This document shows positions 11,145 through 20,456 of a DNA stretch of 64,000 nt, one piece after another; position 1 is the stretch's first letter; each line of letters begins with the position of its first letter. Where the stretch lies: assembly GCA_046726415.1 (NCBI GenBank), contig JBKPAK010000024.1, positions 8,454 to 72,453 of the forward strand, written 5' to 3'. Below the pieces are notes generated by a model. The model had not been told where the DNA came from. It saw nothing but the letters and a program-made list of their open reading frames with translations, and made no database searches. The stretch is from Candidatus Methylomirabilota bacterium (GTDB lineage Bacteria > Methylomirabilota > Methylomirabilia > Rokubacteriales > CSP1-6). Both the position numbers and the translations under genes were made by a program.

Positions 11145-11768
11145 ATGCACCACCGGCGTCCGGCCATCCTCGGGTTCGCTCTGCTGGCTTCGCTCGTCAC
11201 TGCCGCCGGGGCGCGCGCGGAGGAGACCATCGCCGTGCTCGGCGACAGCATCAGCGCGGGGTTCGGTGTGACCCCTGAAGAAGCGTATCCCGCCCGACTC
11301 CAGGAGCGGCTACGGCGCGAGGGCTATGACTATCGCGTGGTCAACGCCGGGGTCAGTGGCGACACCACCGCCGGGGGGCTTCGCCGCGTCGACTGGGTGC
11401 TCCGCGCGCGGCCGTCGATCGCCATCGTCGCCCTCGGGGGCAACGACGGATTGCGAGGTCTCAGCGTGGTCGCCATGCGCGCCAATCTCGAGCAGATCGT
11501 GGAGCGACTCCAGGCGGCGGGCGCCCAAGTCCTGCTCACCGGGATGCGGGTGCCTCCGAATTACGGAGACGCCTACGCGCGCGAGTTCGCCGCCGCCTTT
11601 CCCGCAGTGGCCGTCAAGACGGGCGCCGCGCTGATGCCCTTCCTCCTCGACGGCGTGGCCGCCGACACGCGACTCAACCAGCCCGACGGCATTCACCCCA
11701 CCGCCCGGGGGCAAGCGATTATCGCGGAGCGCCTGTGGCCATATCTCAAGCCGTTACTCAGGAAGTAG
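11145..11768 (+). CDS. tesA: Arylesterase/acyl-CoA thioesterase I (SGNH/GDSL) with signal peptide
   Basis: GDSIS, NAGVSGDTT, GGNDGLRG, DGIHP; divergent from ybbAP. Confidence 0.92.
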   Translation: MHHRRPAILGFALLASLVTAAGARAEETIAVLGDSISAGFGVTPEEAYPARLQERLRREGYDYRVVNAGVSGDTTAGGLRRVDWVLRARPSIAIVALGGNDGLRGLSVVAMRANLEQIVERLQAAGAQVLLTGMRVPPNYGDAYAREFAAAFPAVAVKTGAALMPFLLDGVAADTRLNQPDGIHPTARGQAIIAERLWPYLKPLLRK

Positions 11769-11794
11769 CGTTCCGCGTTTCCCGCTGTGGGACA

Positions 11795-12400
11795 TTATAG
11801 GTAGTCCTCGTCTGGCACCCATCTGACCTCCTCTGCCCACAGCGAGGCGGCTTCATAAATGATATGAAGGACCGGGTCCTTGAGGAAAAGATACCCGTCG
11901 ATGCTGTCCGGGAAGAGCTGGGACGCTCGGCGTTTCAGGAGTTCGTACTCGGCGCGAACGTCGTTCGATGCGCGAAGATAGTCGCGGGATAGGAGCGCAT
12001 ACCGCTGGTTGAACCGCCCAAGTTCTCGGACATGGATATGGGCTCGACGCTCACCCTCCGGCTCCCGCATGTAGAGCTTGCGCAACTCCGGATCTGTTTC
12101 GGGCTTGCGGTGAAAGAAATCGCACTCAAACGCAGTGCCCTGACGAAATCCCGCGGCGCGGAGGGGGTTCGTCAACCCGTCGGCGGCGTCCAAGTCGGCA
12201 ACGGTGATCTGGATATCGATGACATCCTTCGCGCCAAGGCCGGGAATGGCGGTAGAACCGATGTGATCGATCCGAATCGCCGCCTGCCCGACCACGTCGC
12301 GGATGTGTCTGGCCATCTCCGTGAACTCGTCCACCCAGTGGGGCTGATAGGCGGTCACCACCACCGGGCGGGACTTTCTCGTGAGGTCGAACTCCGGCAT
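11795..12400 (-). CDS. GrpB/UPF0157 family nucleotidyltransferase-fold protein
   Basis: From MPEFDL: IDHIGSTAIPGLGAKDVIDI, HIHV, RDYLR, YELLK; longer ORF in track overlaps the upstream gene. Confidence 0.85.
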   Translation of the reverse strand: MPEFDLTRKSRPVVVTAYQPHWVDEFTEMARHIRDVVGQAAIRIDHIGSTAIPGLGAKDVIDIQITVADLDAADGLTNPLRAAGFRQGTAFECDFFHRKPETDPELRKLYMREPEGERRAHIHVRELGRFNQRYALLSRDYLRASNDVRAEYELLKRRASQLFPDSIDGYLFLKDPVLHIIYEAASLWAEEVRWVPDEDYL

Positions 12401-12468
12401 CGCGCTTGCCGTAGCGTCCAACGCACCGCCGAGGGCGGTCGGCTGGTCGCCGGGCGTTCCGCGCAACC

Positions 12469-13674
12469 TCAGATCACGCCGTCGGCCTTGAGCCGCTCGA
12501 GGTCCTCCGGCCCGAGGGCCAGCCATTCCTTGTAGACCTCGGCGTTGTGCTGGCCGAGCAGGGGGGCGGGCTGGATCTCTGTCGGCGATCTCGAGAGCTG
12601 CACGGGGTTGCCGGGCATGGTGAACTCCCCCCAGCCCGGATGCTGAATCGTCGTCACCATGCCCCGCGCCTTGAGGTGCGGGTCGGACAGGATCTCGGTC
12701 GGCGTGAGGCAGGCGCCGGCGGGCACACCGGCGGCGCCCAGCTCGGCCATGACTTCGTGCTTGGTGTGGGTCATCGTCCAGCGCTCGACCAGCGCATTGA
12801 CCTCGTTCTTGTGAGCGCCACGCCAGCGGGGATCGGACCACTCCGGATGGCCGACGAGGTCTTCGCGGCCGATGGTGCGCAGCAACGCGTCCCACATGTG
12901 ATGGCGCACCGGCTGCGGATAGATGTAGGCGTAGTCGTCGGGGCCGCCCGGCTTGCACCGGTAGATGCCCGAGGGCGCGGTATTGGCGATTTCGTTGCCA
13001 CGGCGAGGCTCGAAGTCACCCCCGGCGTAGGCCAGCCGCATCGCGATGCGACAGAGGTTCACCACGGCGTCCTGCATGGACAGCTCGACCCGCTGGCCCC
13101 GACCCGAGGCCTGCCGCTGCCACAGCGCAGCCATCACGCCGAAGGCCGCGTGCACGCCCGTGCCGGAGTCGCCGATGGTCGGCCCGGGCTTGAGCGGTGG
13201 GGAGCCGGGGAAACCCGTCAGGGTCATGGCGCCCCCGGTAGCCTGGGCGATCATGTCGAAGCTCTTGTAGTCGCTGTACGGACCGTACGTGCCGAAACCC
13301 TTGACCGACAGGTAAATCAGCCGCGGGTTGATGACGGCGAGCGCGTCGTAGCCGAGGCCGCTCTTCTCCAGCGCCCCCGGCGCCTGGTTCTCGGCGAGGA
13401 CGTCCGCCTGCTTGACCATCTCGAGGAACATGGACTTGCCTTGCGGATGCTTGAGGTTGAGCGTGATGCTTCGTTTGTTGGCGTTGAGCGTGAGAAAGTA
13501 ACTGCTGTCCACGCCAGGCTTCTCGGCGCGGCCGTAGCGGCCGGGGTCGCCCTTGGTGGGCTCCTCCACCTTGATGACATCGGCGCCCAGCCACGCGAGG
13601 AGCTGGGTGCACGACGTCCCCGCCTCGAACTGGGTCAAATCCAGGATGCGAATGCCATTGAGCGCGTAACTCAT
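12469..13674 (-). CDS. CoA-transferase family III, formyl-CoA transferase-like
   Basis: [40 protein letters not shown]. Confidence 0.92.
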   Translation of the reverse strand: MSYALNGIRILDLTQFEAGTSCTQLLAWLGADVIKVEEPTKGDPGRYGRAEKPGVDSSYFLTLNANKRSITLNLKHPQGKSMFLEMVKQADVLAENQAPGALEKSGLGYDALAVINPRLIYLSVKGFGTYGPYSDYKSFDMIAQATGGAMTLTGFPGSPPLKPGPTIGDSGTGVHAAFGVMAALWQRQASGRGQRVELSMQDAVVNLCRIAMRLAYAGGDFEPRRGNEIANTAPSGIYRCKPGGPDDYAYIYPQPVRHHMWDALLRTIGREDLVGHPEWSDPRWRGAHKNEVNALVERWTMTHTKHEVMAELGAAGVPAGACLTPTEILSDPHLKARGMVTTIQHPGWGEFTMPGNPVQLSRSPTEIQPAPLLGQHNAEVYKEWLALGPEDLERLKADGVI

Positions 13675-13801
13675 CGTTCGGGCTCCTCACGGATGGAGTC
13701 GGCTCTTCCGGCATGATCCGCCGGCAGCCTGCGGCATGATACCCGCGCACCGCAGCGCCGGGCAATGCCTTGCGCCGAGGACCGAGGCTTCAGCGGCGTG
13801 A

Positions 13802-16453
13802 TCAGCGGTTGCCGTAGATGCGGCGGTACTCGTCCCAGGAGAGCATGACGCGCTTGACGTAGTGGCGCGTCTCGTCGAACGGAATTTGCTCGACGAAGAC
13901 TTCGAGGTCGTCGCTGCGCCGAGCCTGCCACCACTGCCGCGCCCGCCGGGGCCCGGCATTGTAGGCGGCGAGGGCCAGCCGTGGATCGCCGAAGCCTCGG
14001 AGAAGCCCCGCCAGGAAGTTCACTCCGAGTTCGATGTTGGCCTCGGGCTCGTCGAGGAGATCGCCGCCGCGGAACGACCATCCGCGCAGCGCTGCCATGG
14101 GTTGCGCTGTTCCCGGCATGAGCTGCATGAGGCCACGGGCCCCCGCGCGGGAGACGGCGCGGGGGTAGTAGCTCGACTCCTCGCGCACAACCGCGGCCAC
14201 GAGGAATGGGTCCACGCCAACCCGTTGGGCGGCGTCGGTCACCTCGGCGCGCCAGGCGAAGGGATACAGCATCTCCCAGAAGGCGCGTGGAATCGAGGGA
14301 TGACCGCTCGAGGCGAGTCCCGCGAAGTTCCGGCGCATGATCCGGAGCGCGAGATGGTAGCGCTCGTCCTCCACGTAGGCGCTGGTCAGTCCGTAGAGGC
14401 GCACGGAATCGCCGGCCGAGCGCTGGACGACATCGTCCAGCGCGACGAGGGAGAGGTCGATCAATCCGAGGCGCCGCAGCAAATCGATCCGTTCGAAGCC
14501 AGGGTCATTGGCGAGCGCCTCCCGCGGATCGGCCGGCAGGCGAATCGCCGGATCGGCGGGATCGCGAGCCGGCTCATGCGGTGTGTCCAGCCGGCGCCCG
14601 GCGAGCGCGCCGTAGTAGCTGCGGGGCGCCTCGGCGACGAGGCGCCGGTAGAGGCGCTGGGCGGCGTCGTGGGCGCCCTGTCGGTCCTGGGCTCGCCCCG
14701 ACCAGTAGAGAGCTGCCAGGCGGTGCGCGCCACCTCCGGCAGCTTCTGGCAGGCGCGACCAGCTCTGCTCGGCCGCCCGGATCTCGCCGCGGAGGTAGGC
14801 AAGCCACCCGAGACGCCACAGAGCCGAGCCGGCCACGTCGCGGGTGGGAAAGCGGGTGGCCAGTGAGCGGTATGTCTCCTCGGCGTCGACATCGCGGCGA
14901 AGATCCTCCAGGAGCCGCGCCCGCAGATACATCGCCTCGGAGGAATCGGCGTCGCCGCCCCGGGCGCCCACTGCCGCGAGAATCGCCAGCACCCGCTCCT
15001 TGCCGTCCTTGGCATCCTTGCCGTCCTTCTGCGGCCCGCGCAGGAGAAGTCGGGCCTGCTCGAGCTGGAGACCTGGCTTCCGGTCAGCAGGCGCTCGCGC
15101 CACGGCCAGCTCAATGGCTCGCGCGGCCATGTCATAGCGCCCCAGGCGCTGCGATGCGTCGGCCACCACTCGCAGCGCGCGCACCGCAATCCCGACGTCC
15201 TGGGCATCCGAGGCGATCCGCTCGGCCTCGTCGGCCGCGATCTGCGGCACGCCGCCCCGCAGGAGACGCTCGGCGCGGTCGATCCGCTGCTGAAGGGAGA
15301 GAGGTGCCATGCGCACGCCCGAGCTCGCCAGCCCCGCCAGGCGGTCACCGGCTCCCGACGCATATCCCGTGCTTGGTGCCACCAGGGTCAGCTCTCGATA
15401 GGTCGCGGCCGCCGCCTCCGGATTTCCGAGGGCCTCGGCGGTCATACCGAGCAGATAGAGCGCCTCGGGAAGTTCTGCGGCGTCAGGGTAGTCGGCGATC
15501 AGCCGCGTCAGTAGCTCCTGGGCTCTAGCCTCTTCTCCGGCCCGTGAGGCGGCCCACGCCGCGACGACGAGCGCGCGGGGGGCGAGACGGCTCTGGCGAT
15601 GGTGGTCGGCCACGCTGGCGGCCATGTCGCGCGCCGCGAGCCAATCACCTCGACGCGCGAGGGCATCGGCGAGGAGCCAGCGCGCGTAGTCGGCGATGGG
15701 GCTCGAGAGAGCGGCGGGCGTGTTCATCGCGTCCAGGAGCGGCCCGGGGTCGCCGCGCTGGTAGGCGGCTACGGCCTGCGCCCACGTTCGCTCCACGGAG
15801 GGCGACACTGCGGGTTCGGCCGTGGCCGCAAGTGGCGTCAGCGCCAACGCCGCCACGATCGCGCCGCGCAGCAGGGTGGCGTCACGGGTGGCCCGCCAGG
15901 TGAAGACGATCCGCTGGAGCGCCGTGAGGTTGGCGAGAACCGCCAGCACCCACATCGCGGACTCCAGGAGATCGAAGAGGGCTCCGGCGATGAGACAGAT
16001 CATGCGCTCGGGGCGCTCCATGAACCCGATCGTACACTCGACGCCGATGGACGCCGCGCGAGCCTTGGTGTAGCTCACCATCACCGTGCCCACCAAGCCG
16101 GCCATGGCCACCAGGGCGCCCCGGGTGTGGGGCGTGCGCGCGAACAGGACCACGATGGCGAGCAGGATCACGATATCCGAGTAGCGGTCGATCACGGAAT
16201 CGAGAAACGCGCCGAACGGGGTCACCATCCCCGAGGCGCGGGCCAAGGCGCCGTCGAAAAAATCGCACAGACCGGCGAGGACGAGCAGCGCCCCACCCGC
16301 CCGAAGGTGCCCGGTCACGAAGGCCGCCGCCGCCACCAGGCTGATGCCCAGACCGATGAGGGTCAGATGGTTGGGGCGCAGCCGAAGGCGAAAAAGCCCA
16401 CGGCCGATGGGTTCCGACCACACGCGGGCGGTCTCGCGATAGCGACTGATCAC
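13802..16453 (-). CDS. Fusion: CDP-alcohol phosphatidyltransferase (PIP-synthase-like) + TPR repeats + soluble lytic transglycosylase
   Basis: N-term DFFDGALAR...GAFLDSVIDRYSD, SYTKARA, GFMERPER; C-term VREES, GARGLMQL, AAYNAG, IPFDETRHYV. Confidence 0.88.
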   Translation of the reverse strand: MISRYRETARVWSEPIGRGLFRLRLRPNHLTLIGLGISLVAAAAFVTGHLRAGGALLVLAGLCDFFDGALARASGMVTPFGAFLDSVIDRYSDIVILLAIVVLFARTPHTRGALVAMAGLVGTVMVSYTKARAASIGVECTIGFMERPERMICLIAGALFDLLESAMWVLAVLANLTALQRIVFTWRATRDATLLRGAIVAALALTPLAATAEPAVSPSVERTWAQAVAAYQRGDPGPLLDAMNTPAALSSPIADYARWLLADALARRGDWLAARDMAASVADHHRQSRLAPRALVVAAWAASRAGEEARAQELLTRLIADYPDAAELPEALYLLGMTAEALGNPEAAAATYRELTLVAPSTGYASGAGDRLAGLASSGVRMAPLSLQQRIDRAERLLRGGVPQIAADEAERIASDAQDVGIAVRALRVVADASQRLGRYDMAARAIELAVARAPADRKPGLQLEQARLLLRGPQKDGKDAKDGKERVLAILAAVGARGGDADSSEAMYLRARLLEDLRRDVDAEETYRSLATRFPTRDVAGSALWRLGWLAYLRGEIRAAEQSWSRLPEAAGGGAHRLAALYWSGRAQDRQGAHDAAQRLYRRLVAEAPRSYYGALAGRRLDTPHEPARDPADPAIRLPADPREALANDPGFERIDLLRRLGLIDLSLVALDDVVQRSAGDSVRLYGLTSAYVEDERYHLALRIMRRNFAGLASSGHPSIPRAFWEMLYPFAWRAEVTDAAQRVGVDPFLVAAVVREESSYYPRAVSRAGARGLMQLMPGTAQPMAALRGWSFRGGDLLDEPEANIELGVNFLAGLLRGFGDPRLALAAYNAGPRRARQWWQARRSDDLEVFVEQIPFDETRHYVKRVMLSWDEYRRIYGNR

Positions 16454-16456
16454 GGC

Positions 16457-19123
16457 TCAGAGGGGGCGCGTGAGCGCGTCGCGCAGGGCACCGTGGATGC
16501 GCTCGATCCCGTCGGGGTCTTCGACCTTCTGTCCCTTTCCGTCATGGACGTAGAAGGTGTCGAGGGCCTTGTCGATCTCGGTGGCGATGCGGGCGCTGGC
16601 GATGTCGAGGCCGAGCGAGGCCAAGGTGGCGGTGATCAGGTAGAGCAGGCCGACGCGGTCGGGACACTTCACCTCGACGAGGGTGTAGTCGTCGGAGAGC
16701 TGATTGTCTATGACGACCTTGGGGGGCGTCAAGGACGCCTGGTTACCCGATCGCTGCCGGCTGGCCAGCAAGGCCGCCACGTCCTGCTTCCCCGCGATCA
16801 CCGCCCGCAGCACGTCGAGCGTACGCGACCATTGCACGACGGAGGTCACGGCCTCCCCGGTGGGATCGTTCACCTGCAGCGTGTCGATGGCGATGCCATC
16901 GGCCCGGGTGTGGATCTGGGCGGAGGCGATGTTGATCCGGTGCGCCGCCAGCGTGCCGGCGATGAGGGAGAAGAGGCCGGGCACGTCACGGGCCACCACC
17001 ACGAGGTCAGACGTGCCGAGATCGGGATGATGGAAGAGCTGGGTCACCACGGGTTCGTGGTCCAGCCGCCGCAGCATCCCCAGGTGTTCAGCCATGCGCT
17101 GGACGCTGGTCGTGGCCAGATACCGATCCGACACCATCGCCACGTGGGCCCGCGCGGCCTGTCGCGGCACTTCGTCACCGGCGTGCGCGGCGAGGCGCTC
17201 CACGAGCTGGGCCCGCGGGGGGCGCACCGCGCGGCCGTCAGTCAAGTGTCGAAGGGTGCGGCCGTACAGTTCGTGCAGGATCTTGGCCTGCCAGGGCGTG
17301 AGGACCCCCGGGCCAACTGCGCGCATGTCGGCGTACGTGAGGAGATAGAGCATGCGCAGGCGTTGGGGGGTCCCGACCACACCCGCGAAGTTGGAGATCG
17401 TGCGCGGATCGTCGATGTCGCGCCGCTGGGCCACGTGGGACATCGTGACGTGATGGGCGACCAGGAACTCGACCAGGGCCGCGTCGGCGGCCGGCAGCCC
17501 GAGACGCGCCGTCAGCGCGCGAGCCATGGGGATGCCCTTGGCCACGTGCCCGTGTCCCTTGGCCTTGCCAATGTCGTGCAGGAGCATGCCGAGCATGAGC
17601 AGCTCGGGCTTCTCCACCTCGTGGAAGACGAGGGCCGCGCCCTCTGATTCCGCCGACTGACCCGGAGCCAGCGCCTCGAGATGCTGCACGGCGAGGAGCG
17701 AATGTTGATCGACCGAGAACTTGTGGTAGACGTCGTACTGCACGAGGCAGGTCAACGCGGCGAACTCCGGCAGGTAGCGTCCGAGCACCCCCAGCTCGTG
17801 CATCTCCGAAAGCGTTTCGCCCACGCGGCCCCAGCGCCGGCAGATGTCGAGGAAGACGTCGCGCTCGGCTGGGTCGCGCTGCATTCGCTCGTCGATGACG
17901 TCCAGGGCCTCTTCCAGGCTGCGCTCCAGGTCGACCGACAGCGTGCAGCCCAGCCGATGCATGTGCCAGAAGACCTTCATGATGCGACCGGGTTCCCTGC
18001 GCAGCGCGGCGGGGTCGCGGTCGGCGAGATGCAGCGTCCCATCCAGGAGGACGAGGCCGTCGGCCAGCGCCTGCTGGCGCTGCCGCCGCTCGGCGGCGCC
18101 GCGGCGCGAGAGCGTCTCCTGGCAACGGGCGATGAGGCGCCGCGACAGGCGGTGTATGGCCCGCGCATGGAAGTAGTAATCGCGCATGAAGCGCTCGACG
18201 CCGAGGCTCTGCTCGCCGTCCTCGTAGCCGAAGGCCTTGGCGATCTGCGGCTGGACATCGCGCGAGAGCACGTCGTTTTTGTGGCCAGCCAGAAAATGCA
18301 GCTCGTTGCGCACGCGCCACAGGAAGGTCAGCGCGGCATCGGTGACCGCCTGCTCGCGGAGCGTGATCAGCCCCTTGTCGGTCAGCTCCCGCAAGGTCCG
18401 GGCGCCGAACTTGGCCGCGCTGAGCCACATGGCGGTGTGCATGTCCCGCAGGCCACCGGCCGATTCCTTGACGTTGGGCTCGCCGATGTACGGCGAGGCG
18501 CCGTACTTGCGATAGCGCTGGTCGCGCTCGCCCAGGGTGGTGGCGAGGAACTGGCCGAAGTCGCGCCGGAAGACGTTGTCGCGGAGGACCCGGCGGAAAC
18601 GCGCGAAGAGTCGCCGATCCGCGGTGACGAAGCGGGCCGCCTGCATCGAAGTCAGGCTCGGGAAGTCCGTGCGGGCGATGGCCACGCAGTCGTCGAGAGA
18701 GCGCACGCTGTGACCGATTTGCAGGCCGAGATCCCAGAGGGTGTAGAGCAGCTCCTGGGTGACCCGCTGCACGAAGGGCGTTCGCTCCCCTTCGTAGACC
18801 ACCATCAGGTCGATGTCGGACGACGGGTGCAGCTCGGCGCGGCCATACCCGCCCAGGGCGACCACCACGAAGGGCGCCGGGGCCAACGCTGTCGCGTTGG
18901 CGACGATCAGACGGACGAGGGCGCGGATCAGATCATCGACCAGCTCCGCGTGGGCGCGCACCGACTCCCCTCCCGACGCACCCTCCGCATGCTTGAGCTT
19001 GAGGGAGTCGAGTCCCTCGGCGAGTGCGGCGCGGAAGAATTCGAGTCGCAGGCGCCGCCGGTCCTCGATGCGCTCGGCCTTCGCCTCCGCGCGTCGGGCC
19101 CGGCGATACAACTCGGGCGACAT
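16457..19123 (-). CDS. glnD: [Protein-PII] uridylyltransferase
   Basis: ALGGYGRAELHPSSDIDL, EPNVKESAGGLRD, HD domain (YHKFSVDQH, LLHDIGK), two ACT domains. Confidence 0.96.
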   Translation of the reverse strand: MSPELYRRARRAEAKAERIEDRRRLRLEFFRAALAEGLDSLKLKHAEGASGGESVRAHAELVDDLIRALVRLIVANATALAPAPFVVVALGGYGRAELHPSSDIDLMVVYEGERTPFVQRVTQELLYTLWDLGLQIGHSVRSLDDCVAIARTDFPSLTSMQAARFVTADRRLFARFRRVLRDNVFRRDFGQFLATTLGERDQRYRKYGASPYIGEPNVKESAGGLRDMHTAMWLSAAKFGARTLRELTDKGLITLREQAVTDAALTFLWRVRNELHFLAGHKNDVLSRDVQPQIAKAFGYEDGEQSLGVERFMRDYYFHARAIHRLSRRLIARCQETLSRRGAAERRQRQQALADGLVLLDGTLHLADRDPAALRREPGRIMKVFWHMHRLGCTLSVDLERSLEEALDVIDERMQRDPAERDVFLDICRRWGRVGETLSEMHELGVLGRYLPEFAALTCLVQYDVYHKFSVDQHSLLAVQHLEALAPGQSAESEGAALVFHEVEKPELLMLGMLLHDIGKAKGHGHVAKGIPMARALTARLGLPAADAALVEFLVAHHVTMSHVAQRRDIDDPRTISNFAGVVGTPQRLRMLYLLTYADMRAVGPGVLTPWQAKILHELYGRTLRHLTDGRAVRPPRAQLVERLAAHAGDEVPRQAARAHVAMVSDRYLATTSVQRMAEHLGMLRRLDHEPVVTQLFHHPDLGTSDLVVVARDVPGLFSLIAGTLAAHRINIASAQIHTRADGIAIDTLQVNDPTGEAVTSVVQWSRTLDVLRAVIAGKQDVAALLASRQRSGNQASLTPPKVVIDNQLSDDYTLVEVKCPDRVGLLYLITATLASLGLDIASARIATEIDKALDTFYVHDGKGQKVEDPDGIERIHGALRDALTRPL

Positions 19124-19133
19124 GTCGGGGTGA

Positions 19134-19186
19134 AGGGTAGCAGTGGCCGACGAACACTGTCAAACCCAGGGCCAACTTACTAGAAT
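19134..19186. promoter_or_regulatory. Divergent sigma70-type promoters of glnD and hisC
   Basis: Minus strand TTGACA (19158-19163), 18 nt, TACCCT (19134-19139); plus strand TAGAAT (19181-19186) 6 nt before hisC ATG. Confidence 0.5.
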
Positions 19187-19192
19187 TCAGAC

Positions 19193-20281
19193 ATGCGAGA
19201 CATCTGGCGGCCCGTCCTCGGCAGCATCACGCCGTACCAGCCGGACAAATCCCTGGAGGCCCTGGCCAGCCAGCTGGCGCTCCCGGAGTTGATCCGACTG
19301 TCGGCGAACGAGAACCCCCTCGGCCCCTCGCCACGCGTGGTGGCCACCATCGCGCGCGAGGCCAGCCGCGTCCATCTCTACCCGGACGGCGGCAGCACCG
19401 CCCTGCGCAAGGCCCTGGGCCATCGCCTAGGCCTCTCGCCCGAGCAGATCCTCGTGGGCAACGGCGCCGACGAGCTGCTCACCTTGCTGGGGCTTGCCGC
19501 CCTCGAACAGGGCGACGAGGTGCTGCTACCCCTTCCCTCCTTCGAGGCCTACGCGACTATCGCGCTGCTCGGCGGCGCTCGCCCGGTGGCCAGCCCCCTG
19601 ATCGGCTACGACACCGACCTCGACGACATGCGGCGCCGCATCACCCCGCGGACGAAGATAGTCTTCGTGTGCTCGCCCCACAATCCGGCGGGCACGATCG
19701 TCTCCCGCAGGGCGCTGACGGCGTTCCTCGAGTCACTCGCCGACGATCCGCCCCTGATCGTGCTCGACGAGGCATACCGGGACTTCTGTGACGACCCCGA
19801 GTACCCGGATGGCGTGGCCCTGCTGGCTCGATATCCGCGCCTGCTCGTTCTGCGCACGTTCTCGAAGATCGCCGGTCTGGCCGGCCTGCGGGTGGGATAC
19901 GTGCTGGCCAGCCCCCAGGCCATCGATCGGCTCGACCGGGTGCGCGCGCCTTACAACGTGAACCGGCTGGGCCAGGTCGCCGCCGTGGCCGCCCTCGAGG
20001 ACGAGGATCACTGGCACAAGAGCCGACAGCTGGTCATCGAGGAACGCGCGTTCCTCTCCCAAGAGCTGGTTCGCCGCGGCTTCCGCTTTCCGCCATCCCA
20101 AGCCAACTTCATGCTCGTGAAGGTGCCGGACGGCGCCCTCGCCCGCGAGCGGCTTCTGCGAGCCGGCCTCGTCGTCCGCGACGGCGCGGCCCTGGGCTTT
20201 GCCAACCACCTCCGCATCTCGATCGGTCTGCGCGAGACCAACGAGCGCCTGCTCGCCGTCCTCGACTCCCTCCCCCGATGA
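19193..20281 (+). CDS. hisC: Histidinol-phosphate aminotransferase
   Basis: LSANENPLGPS, YPDG, GNGADE, DEAY, RTFSKIAGLAGLRVGY. Confidence 0.94.
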   Translation: MRDIWRPVLGSITPYQPDKSLEALASQLALPELIRLSANENPLGPSPRVVATIAREASRVHLYPDGGSTALRKALGHRLGLSPEQILVGNGADELLTLLGLAALEQGDEVLLPLPSFEAYATIALLGGARPVASPLIGYDTDLDDMRRRITPRTKIVFVCSPHNPAGTIVSRRALTAFLESLADDPPLIVLDEAYRDFCDDPEYPDGVALLARYPRLLVLRTFSKIAGLAGLRVGYVLASPQAIDRLDRVRAPYNVNRLGQVAAVAALEDEDHWHKSRQLVIEERAFLSQELVRRGFRFPPSQANFMLVKVPDGALARERLLRAGLVVRDGAALGFANHLRISIGLRETNERLLAVLDSLPR

Positions 20282-20405
20282 GATGGGGGGCCTCGACAGG
20301 GCCCCCAAGCCCCCCGACGCTCGGGACGCCTCAGCGGAGCTGCGGCGCCCCTCGATGCCCCCCGGACGTCCGGCGCACACCGGCAAAGCCGGGGCCTCCT
20401 CGATT
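20280..20405 (+). repeat. REP-like two-hairpin repeat (full unit plus 3' half unit)
   Basis: GAGATGGGGGGCCTCGACAGGGCCCCCAAGCCCCCCGACGCTCGG...CCCCTCGAT; close copy inverted at 23742-23820. Confidence 0.8.
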
Positions 20406-20456
20406 CCCCCGCGCTCCTGCCGCCATCGCGCCGAAGTTACCGCGCGCCGCGCTCGG

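Noticed and set aside
14990-15030. KDGKDAKDGK short tandem repeat in the SLT fusion
   Set aside because: Low-complexity 9-nt loop expansion, in frame, no evidence of phase variation
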